Shown here piece by piece: positions 55,579 to 64,000 of a stretch of DNA of 64,000 nucleotides. Position numbers and translations under genes: made by a program. The DNA comes from Hormiphora californensis (taxonomy: Eukaryota; Animalia; Ctenophora), in NCBI GenBank assembly GCA_020137815.1, contig CM035354.1, positions 2,046,001 to 2,110,000 of the forward strand, in the 5' to 3' direction. Position 1 is the stretch's first letter. Each line of letters starts with the position of its first letter. The notes under the pieces were generated by a model. It saw only the letters and a program-made list of their open reading frames with translations, did no database searches and was not told the DNA's origin.

Positions 55579-57022
55579 CTAAAAAATGAACCCGTTGTTG
55601 CACATTTTGTTCAATGGTGGCCTTAGTCGTGTAATGGCACGGCTCTCTCTGAGATAGGCGTCTATGGGGTCTCTACCCTTATTTATTATATCAAAATTGA
55701 AAATATTGAAGAATGCATCGTATTCCCTTCTCCCTGCTTGTCCGTATATGAGCTCCGGGTGCATCTCATTAGCATGTTCTGCTACTGCGGAGCAGTCCAC
55801 ATGTCCCAATCTGGTGTGAGTCTCGTGCTCGGCGATCCGGTGTTTCAGTGGCCTGCTTGTCACACCTATGTAGGTACCGTTGTTGCATAGGTTGCACGAA
55901 GCACGGTACACTACGTTTTCCGTCGAGCATGGAATGCCATGTTGATGCAGCTCGCATTCACAGTTTTGACTGTTTTCTTCTTTGTTGTTGTAATGGTTTT
56001 TCACCATGCTAGCAACAGTTCTTCCCGAAGATGTTACCACACGGATCGGCAGCCCAGATTCTTTAACTGCTTTCTTCACCTTTCGTAGGGCGCCCTCATT
56101 GGTGTATGGCAGTTTCATGATGTATATTTTGTTGGATTTTTCATCATCTGGTGGGGCCGGGCTTGTAGTCGGGGTGGATAACTGCTTCGCAATTTCCAAG
56201 CTAACAGTTTTTATCGGGTAGCCTGAGTTGACTAGATTTTCTCTCAGTTTTTCAAGGTGAGGGAATGCTAGGTCAACTGTGGAACACCTGTTGAGGATGC
56301 GTTTTGTTTCTGTGCGGATTATATTTAGTTTTATAACTTCTGCACAGTGGGAGTGATAGTTGAGGTAGCTTCCACTGTGGGTGCTCTTCTGAAAGAGTTC
56401 CCACGTTAGAGATGTTTCTCCTCCGTTGTTGGTGGTTCTAACGGTCAGGTCGAGAAAAGAGATTTCTGAGACTCCTACTGCTGGTTCTGTTGCCTCTTCT
56501 CTTGTAAATTTTACTGATGACCAGATGTTTCCGAGTTTTTCAATGAATTTGTCACAGTGTTCACGTTTGGTCCATAGGCTATGACTGTCGTCGACATAGG
56601 TAGCAAGTGAGAGAGGTTTCTCTTCATCGGGCTGTCACGTCCAGTGTCCGGTTGTATAGATGGTCCACAATGATCTCAGCATAGGCTCCTGAACTATGGT
56701 ATCCTGTACCAATTCCAGTAATCTGACGGTAGAAATTGCCTCCACTTTGAATGTACGTATGGCTAGTTACGAACCTGAGCATTTGGATGATGTGCTCGGG
56801 GTTGAAGCCTAACAGATCTATGTTAGGAGTATTTCTCACATAATGTAATACTAGATCCATAGCTCTGTCATCAGTTGGTATCGAGGGGTACATATTCTCC
56901 ATGTCGAAACTAGATTGGTGGGTGTTAGCAGGGAGTGAGTTTTGTAGTGGGATGAGGCAAGAGTTAATGAAAACATCGGCACTTGATACTCGGTGTGTTA
57001 GATTTGGTAGTATTTGACTCAA
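55579..57022 (-). pseudogene. Inverted copy of the PLE ORF with a 1-nt insertion (~56632)
   Basis: Reverse complement of the + copy except for an extra C, which could be a read error. Confidence 0.9.
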
Positions 57023-58456
57023 ATACTACCAAATCTAACACACCGAGTATCAAGTGCCGATGTTTTCATTAACTCTTGCCTCATCCCACTACAAAACTCA
57101 CTCCCTGCTAACACCCACCAATCTAGTTTCGACATGGAGAATATGTACCCCTCGATACCAACTGATGACAGAGCTATGGATCTAGTATTACATTATGTGA
57201 GAAATACTCCTAACATAGATCTGTTAGGCTTCAACCCCGAGCACATCATCCAAATGCTCAGGTTCGTAACTAGCCATACGTACATTCAAAGTGGAGGCAA
57301 TTTCTACCGTCAGATTACTGGAATTGGTACAGGATACCATAGTTCAGGAGCCTATGCTGAGATCATTGTGGACCATCTATACAACCGGACACTGGACGTG
57401 ACACCCGATGAAGAGAAACCTCTCTCACTTGCTACCTATGTCGACGACAGTCATAGCCTATGGACCAAACGTGAACACTGTGACAAATTCATTGAAAAAC
57501 TCGGAAACATCTGGTCATCAGTAAAATTTACAAGAGAAGAGGCAACAGAACCAGCAGTAGGAGTCTCAGAAATCTCTTTTCTCGACCTGACCGTTAGAAC
57601 CACCAACAACGGAGGAGAAACATCTCTAACGTGGGAACTCTTTCAGAAGAGCACCCACAGTGGAAGCTACCTCAACTATCACTCCCACTGTGCAGAAGTT
57701 ATAAAACTAAATATAATCCGCACAGAAACAAAACGCATCCTCAACAGGTGTTCCACAGTTGACCTAGCATTCCCTCACCTTGAAAAACTGAGAGAAAATC
57801 TAGTCAACTCAGGCTACCCGATAAAAACTGTTAGCTTGGAAATTGCGAAGCAGTTATCCACCCCGACTACAAGCCCGGCCCCACCAGATGATGAAAAATC
57901 CAACAAAATATACATCATGAAACTGCCATACACCAATGAGGGCGCCCTACGAAAGGTGAAGAAAGCAGTTAAAGAATCTGGGCTGCCGATCCGTGTGGTA
58001 ACATCTTCGGGAAGAACTGTTGCTAGCATGGTGAAAAACCATTACAACAACAAAGAAGAAAACAGTCAAAACTGTGAATGCGAGCTGCATCAACATGGCA
58101 TTCCATGCTCGACGGAAAACGTAGTGTACCGTGCTTCGTGCAACCTATGCAACAACGGTACCTACATAGGTGTGACAAGCAGGCCACTGAAACACCGGAT
58201 CGCCGAGCACGAGACTCACACCAGATTGGGACATGTGGACTGCTCCGCAGTAGCAGAACATGCTAATGAGATGCACCCGGAGCTCATATACGGACAAGCA
58301 GGGAGAAGGGAATACGATGCATTCTTCAATATTTTCAATTTTGATATAATAAATAAGGGTAGAGACCCCATAGACGCCTATCTCAGAGAGAGCCGTGCCA
58401 TTACACGACTAAGGCCACCATTGAACAAAATGTGCAACAACGGGTTCATTTTTTAG
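57014..58456 (+). CDS. 5'-truncated PLE ORF: reverse transcriptase plus GIY-YIG endonuclease
   Basis: SFDMENMYPSIP, YRQITGIGTG, YVDD, FLDLTV, VVYRASCNLC..YIGVT.R.LKHRIAEH, SAVAEHA and E..AI..LRPPLN. Confidence 0.95.
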   Translation: MTQILPNLTHRVSSADVFINSCLIPLQNSLPANTHQSSFDMENMYPSIPTDDRAMDLVLHYVRNTPNIDLLGFNPEHIIQMLRFVTSHTYIQSGGNFYRQITGIGTGYHSSGAYAEIIVDHLYNRTLDVTPDEEKPLSLATYVDDSHSLWTKREHCDKFIEKLGNIWSSVKFTREEATEPAVGVSEISFLDLTVRTTNNGGETSLTWELFQKSTHSGSYLNYHSHCAEVIKLNIIRTETKRILNRCSTVDLAFPHLEKLRENLVNSGYPIKTVSLEIAKQLSTPTTSPAPPDDEKSNKIYIMKLPYTNEGALRKVKKAVKESGLPIRVVTSSGRTVASMVKNHYNNKEENSQNCECELHQHGIPCSTENVVYRASCNLCNNGTYIGVTSRPLKHRIAEHETHTRLGHVDCSAVAEHANEMHPELIYGQAGRREYDAFFNIFNFDIINKGRDPIDAYLRESRAITRLRPPLNKMCNNGFIF

Positions 58457-58654
58457 TATTTTGTTATAATATTTCATGTGTAAATAAATGTAAATAAGAG
58501 TTTTTTATGAAGGAGCAGTATCGTGGATTCGGTTGTTTGTTGTTTTTTTTGGCTTCTGTTTATGTTGTGTGTGTTTGCCGTTTGGTCCAGTCTTTTGTCC
58601 CCTATGTACATATTGATGTCTTATGTAATGTGCTAATGTAAATTCCCCCATAGC

Positions 58655-58690
58655 ATTATTGATAATGGCCGTACAGCCGAAACGTCTAAT
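58655..58690 (+). ncRNA. Minimal type-I hammerhead ribozyme in the PLE terminal repeat
   Basis: atta-TTGATAA-tggc cgtaca gcc-GAAA-cGTC-taat: U3-A8 core variant, stem II ggc/gcc, 1-bp stem III with palindromic ACGT, stem I atta/taat. Confidence 0.75.
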
Positions 58691-58842
58691 AAATGAGCGT
58701 CTTCGATGTCATATCGCACCCTCCAACAATATTGGTGTGAACAATGAAACCAAGATACGGTTTTGATAAACACACACACAGAATCTGAGCTGTGTGTTTT
58801 CTGTGTCACAGAGATCTATAGATTCCCTCTCATATATTGTGA

Positions 58843-61231
58843 TTAGTTGTTGAAGTTGAGGGCCCCAGTGTGGGTGCTATGTTGCGCCTTCCACGCGTTC
58901 ACATTGATATTAGTGACATTGGCTACAAAACTCAGGATATCCTCAATCTTGACCTCGATATACGATCTGTAACCCCAGCTGTACTGGAAACCATCTCCCT
59001 TGGTGGAGGTAACCTTCTTCCGCTCAATGTACTGCTGTTTACAGAATTCTGTAAATATCTTCTCTACGTCACCAAAGTCAACGTGACCTTCATTCCTGTT
59101 ACATAAGGGGAGAATTATTTGGGGTTTGTTGGGTTTCTCGGACCCGCCTCCCTCTTCTTTACAATATATAGAGAGGGTCAAGTAATGTTGAGGGGGTGAC
59201 GGACGGTGTCATCAGCCCTATACAGCTGATCCAGAGGGTCAAGTAAGGCAAATTTACCTGCTGATCCCCAGAATGTCCAGGGTATCCCAAAGGTCGGCCT
59301 CGTCCAGAGAATTATCGGCCATGTGGATCAGGCTTAGTACCACAGTCAACAGTCCCAGCTGGGAGATATATGGGATTAGGTTAGGTTATTAGGTGAGAGG
59401 GGGATATAGATAGGAGGAGATAGATGGGATTAGGTTAGGTAAGAGGGGAGATATATGGGATTAGGTTATTAGGTGAGAGGGGGATATAAACAGTGGGAGA
59501 GTGAGTTGTATAGTAAGAGGAGGGTGTGTGTGTTGTGGTGGAGAGCAGCATTCCATTTTTGATGAAGTCCCCCCAAGACTAGTGTAGGAGGAGGGGTAGG
59601 GAGTGAGATGGTCTAGTCAACTCACCTGGGGTAGGGAGTGAGATGGTCTAGTCAACTCACCTGGGGTAGGGAGTGAGATGGTCTAGTCAACTCACCTGGG
59701 GTAGGGAGTGAGATGGTCTAGTCAACTCACCTGGGGTAGGGAGTGAGATGGTCTAGTCAACTCACCTGGGGTAGGGAGTGAGATGGTCTAGTCAACTCAC
59801 CTGGGGTAGGGAGTGAGATGGTCTAGTCAACTCACCTGGGTAGGGAGTGAGATGGTCTAGTCAACTCACCTGGGGTAGGGAGTGAGATGGTCTAGTCAAC
59901 TCACCTGGGGTAGGGAGTGAGATGGTCTAGTCAACTCACCTGGGGTAGGGAGTGAGATGGTCTAGTCAACTCACCTGGGGTAGGGAGTGAGATGGTCTAG
60001 TCAACTCACCTGGGGTAGGGAGTGAGATGGTCTAGTCAACTCACCTGGGGTAGGGAGTGAGATGGTCTAGTCAACTCACCTGGGGTAGGGAGTGAGATGG
60101 TCTAGTCAACTGCTGCAACCCATCTGCCTTGCTATCGTTCTTCAAGATGTACATCTTGCCCCTCTTATCATCGATCTGAAACAGCCGGATGATACAGTCG
60201 GACCCCGATTTAGTGGCACCCCGATTTAGTGGCACCCCGATTTAGTGGCAGGATTTTTATCCCCCGATATACAAAAATTAACATTATTTGAACCCGATTT
60301 AGTGGCACCCCGATTTAGTGGCAAGATTTTTTCCCCCGAGGATGCCACTAAATCGGGGTCCGACTGTATAAGCAAGGAACCGACCGAATAATGAAATACT
60401 GGTCCCTGATTGGCTGATAACCAGTCACGTGACCTAAATAACAAGTTCTGATTGGTTGTTTACTTGTGTCGGGGATTGCGAAGATATTGTACAGCACTGA
60501 GCATAGTTTGCATCATTTGGAGCACACTAAGCGTGTGGGAGTATGGTACCAAGAGATCAATGGCACACGTCTAATCAGGGAGGGAACTGAGAAAGCGAAG
60601 ACAAACTAAGCGGGGAGGGGCACTGAGAAAGCGAAGACAAACTAAGCGGGGGGGGGGAGGGGCACTCAGCTGAGTACTGATCTAGATAGTTGATACCTCA
60701 CAAACAGAGAAGTCAAATGTTTCCTTGAGATGTTTCCTAGCACCCTCCAACACTGTAGGAAAGAGTCGGTGATGATCTTTCAGGACGTTCTTTGCCACAT
60801 CTGCCCTCTTTACTGGAATCTGAATGACATCAGTAAATTAAACATCGGCTTATCTACATTGTCAATAGTGAACAAGTTAGTTCTTGTTTTGGAAGGTAAT
60901 GATGAAGGATGTTGTCAGTGGTGTGGTGATTTTCACTGTCACATAGAATGCAGGCTCAAGAGAACAGGTGTACAGTAGCTACTGTACAAGTACTAGTAGT
61001 CTAACCATGTAACAGGCATGATACATGCAAACTAATTGCATGAGTTCATTGTTTGTATTTTTGTTTACTTGTTTTGGTATCAGGTATGCAACACACACAC
61101 ACATACAGACAGACACACACACACATACACTCATACAGACATACACACACACACACACATACAGACAGACAGACACACACACACATACACACATACAGAC
61201 ATACACACACACACACACAAACACACACACA

Positions 61232-61279
<48 letters not shown>

Positions 61280-61694
61280 GACACACATACAGACAGACAG
61301 ACAGACAGACAGACATACTTACATTCTTCTTGTCGGCAAACAGCAGGTACCGTGCTAAATCGATTTCCATTCTTCTTACATCCGTTGTCGACAGTTTGGA
61401 TGCAGCCTGTGTAGAGAGAGAGTGCGTGTGGGGAGAGAAAAAAACACCGGAATTACACAGTTATCATGTACCCCACTTTTACAAGTGCAACCACTACTTT
61501 GTCTCTACCCTCTCTTTCCCAAAAGAAGGGTTAGAGCAACCCACTACAAGTATCCACACACATTGTGCCAATTGCCCCGCACATACCTCGTTGGCTCTGT
61601 TCAACGCCCGTGGATCAGCCCGGGTCGAAGCAGAGGCCGATGAGGTTGAGGCGACGGCATTGTCATCTGCCCTGGCTCTCTTCTGAGCTGTCAT
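58843..61694 (-). CDS. NSMCE3: MAGE-homology-domain protein (NSE3/MAGE-G1 subunit of Smc5/6), 6 exons
   Basis: LARYLLFADKKN|IPVKRADVAKNVLK..FPTVL..A..HLKETFDF, YILKN, LGLLTVVLSLIHM..EADLWDTLDILGI, H..FGDVEKIF.EFCKQQYIE and YSWGYRSYIE. Confidence 0.88.
59593..60111. repeat. 35-bp minisatellite made of the last 31 nt of an NSE3 exon plus GTGA, about 14.8 copies
   Basis: Minus-strand unit gttgactagaccatctcactccctaccccag|gtga. Confidence 0.95.
60195..60366. mobile_element. pogo/Tc1-like MITE (TA TSD, CAGT ends) with internal ccccgatttagtggca repeats
   Basis: ta|cagtcggaccccgatttagtggca...tgccactaaatcggggtccgactg|ta. Confidence 0.85.
60375..60472. mobile_element. MITE family A copy, degenerate
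   Basis: Family core with eroded ends. Confidence 0.8.
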
Positions 61695-62993
61695 TATATA
61701 TCTGACTATTGGAATCTGCTATTGGAATGGAAGGGGATTTGTATGCCCATATATGAAGGATAGTTGGGGATATTAATAATTGAGACTTTGTACTATGCGG
61801 TAAGGCTCTCAAAAACAGAGAGTTTGTTACTTTAACTAAGGGAACAAAAAGTAGCAATGATATGTCCGCCCTGCCGCATAGTGAAGCAAGACAAGGTCGA
61901 TTTGTAAAATCAGTGATACCATGAACAGTAATATACAGAGAAACACATGGCGTGATATATATGATCTGTTATAATGCTCTGATTATTTAATTAAGTCGGT
62001 TATATATAACATACATATTTACATAAAACTGTGTGGCTATAGCCTTTCATATAATTATGTGATTAAGAAATTAGAATCACTGCGCTGGCAAGCGCAAAGG
62101 TGACCACCACCTCCCCCCAGCCGCGTGTGCCAGAAAGCAGTAATAAGTTTTTTCAGTTTTTAGCCAAAAATGGCATTTTGCGACGCCCATAGCGAGGCCC
62201 CCACTTCACCAATCGGCCTGAAATTTGGTATACAGTGTCACGTAGACTAGATCTACTGGAGTTTAAAAGGGCAAGTCTCTATCTCTTTTAGTTTCAGAGT
62301 TATGACATGGTGAAAAAAGCAATAAATGTCCCGGGTCTATATATACATCCATATATATATATATAGATAGACGCTTTTTTACACAATTTGCAGACAATTT
62401 TCTGGAAAAACTACAAGAGATAGACACTTCTCGTTTGTTGCATTCGAAAGATAATCGTTTGAATTGTGTTATTGGACGGTTTTCATGTTCTAGGTCCAAC
62501 CAGAACGTCCTTAAAAACTGTCATAAAGTTAAGACATTTTTCAAATCGACCAAATTTCTTTGAGCTCAATTTACACCCTGAAGACGGTTTAAGATTGAAA
62601 AATGGAGACCACACTTATGAAAGATAATCGTCTAAACTTTCAGAAACTATATTGCGAATTTGTGAAACTCTATTTCCAAGAGTCTTAAATCGCGTCTGAA
62701 GTTTTAAGACTGTATGAAAATAGATATGACGATAGTGCGTTTTTCGCCATAGCGACCTCAAATCTTGTCCAATCGATCTCAAACTTGGTCAGCATCTTTA
62801 TCTAGATGAGCCTGATAATAATTTTTTACTAGCATGACGTTATAACGTCGTGACGTCACGCTATGACGTCACAATGAAGTCAAAATCGAAATTTTCGTAC
62901 TTAAGCGATTCCTGACGGTCTTTACAAGTTCTGCTACGTCCAGACATGTCTTACATCGTATTTCACATCAGAAAATACCAAAAATGAACATAA

Positions 62994-63106
62994 ATTATGC
63001 CAAAAACTAACAGAAATTAGTTGGCTGGAAAGGTGACCACTTTTGTTGTCAAACTGACACCTTTGCCCGGCCCGGGTTACGGAAAGAGAGGGAAAGAGAG
63101 AGAAAA

Positions 63107-63173
<67 letters not shown>

Positions 63174-63300
63174 AAGAAATCATAGTGATCAGAGAGGGAA
63201 ATATAATGATGAAAAAACCCGGAGAGGGCTAAGGTGTCAGTTTGACAACAAAAGTGGTCACCTTTCCAGCCAACTAATTTCTGTTAGTTTTTGGCATAAT
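62994..63300. repeat. 70-bp inverted repeat flanking an (AG)n tract, probably ends of a degraded element
   Basis: attatgccaaaaact...tgacacctt and aaggtgtca...ttggcataat are reverse complements. Confidence 0.8.
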
Positions 63301-63694
63301 ATTATTATATATATTCTGTCAGTTTGTCACCAGCACTGATTCCAATGGAAAGAGAGTTATGAAATAGGATCAACCGATTTTTTGAGTGACTTGAAATCAG
63401 TGCTGTGTATTATTAACCACTATTAAATAACGAAAAAACTCTGTTCACTCAACCCATTTCTGCAAAAACGCCTTTAAAAAAGTCACTCGTTGCACCAGGC
63501 AAGAGGTATGCGGCACTCCAACAATTATAAACCCGTTACACAATCTTGCACCAGGCAAGAGGGCTGCACTCCAACACAATTATAAACCCGTTACACAATC
63601 TTGTACCAGGCACCACCAATCTTGCACCAGGCAAGAGGGCAATGAATTCCCTCTCAATTCTATGAACCCCAATTGTTATTATGAACCCCAATTG

Positions 63695-63991
63695 TTACAC
63701 AATTTTCTCAAGATCAGCCTGCTTTTCCTGGAAATCGTCCAAGTTTTTGTTGATCTCTGCCAACTCATTGTGCTGCTGATGGGCACCCGCTAGTAACGAT
63801 GAAAACGGATCCGGCATGGGCATAGCTCCCCCATTCCGCGACGAATCCCCAACACCTGGACCGTACAACAAACCTTCAAACTCAGAGGCTTTCAACTTGA
63901 AACTGTCAATTTGCCGCCGCAGTTTCGTCACATCAAGTTCATGGGCTTTCCGGAGGGAATCTTTTTCCATCTCGTACTGCTTTTCCTTAGC
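63695..63991 (-). CDS. Terminal exon of an unidentified coiled-coil protein
   Basis: Acceptor cacag|gctaag; open frame with heptad-like E/K/L composition to a stop at 63695. Confidence 0.55.
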   Translation of the reverse strand, partial: AKEKQYEMEKDSLRKAHELDVTKLRRQIDSFKLKASEFEGLLYGPGVGDSSRNGGAMPMPDPFSSLLAGAHQQHNELAEINKNLDDFQEKQADLEKIV

Positions 63992-64000
63992 CTGTGCACA

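Larger units (their letters stand above)
55247..58757. mobile_element. Penelope-like retroelement inserted as a palindrome of two 5'-truncated copies, 12-bp TSD
   Basis: Arms 55278-57017 and 57019-58757; TSD cggttttgataa at 55235-55246 and 58758-58769. Confidence 0.93.

Noticed and set aside
55278-58757. Palindrome as an amplification or fold-back read artefact
   Set aside because: The 12-bp TSD, asymmetric arm ends and distinct flanking genes favour a real insertion; read-level confirmation is still needed.
59593-60111. CRISPR-like array of 35-bp repeats
   Set aside because: No unique spacers and no cas genes; the unit is host exon plus donor.
62080-62990. Possible non-autonomous element body upstream of NSE3
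   Set aside because: Repeat-like composition, but I could not define termini or a TSD.

Overview
Eukaryotic (metazoan) genomic DNA with GT-AG introns, AG/AC microsatellites and many small TIR elements. The 109-bp MITE matches my recollection of repeats in comb-jelly (ctenophore, Pleurobrachia-like) gene models; this assignment is unverified. Genes, read exon by exon by hand: the Nup133 3' exon (+), then about ten consecutive minus-strand genes. These are a secreted beta-propeller-like protein, a C-type lectin/Ig/FN3 type-I receptor, a CAP/SCP protein, CDIPT, LEPROT/Vps55, two paralogous Cys-rich GPI-type proteins, a DDX28-like DEAD-box helicase (with an antisense papain-family gene in one intron), a MAGE/NSE3 gene and a coiled-coil 3' exon. 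Highlights: (1) intronic minisatellites that are amplified splice junctions, giving up to ~65 decoy acceptors or ~13 decoy donors; (2) the LEPROT stop lies 26 nt from the CDIPT ATG with an orphan branch point/acceptor between them, an operon or SL trans-splicing candidate; (3) a 3.5-kb near-perfect palindromic Penelope-like element with a 12-bp TSD and two minimal hammerhead ribozymes; (4) hAT-type MITEs clustered at 5' splice sites, one apparently creating an intron. Regions 19.0-23.7 kb and 47.7-50.3 kb look like error-rich consensus, so calls there are tentative.
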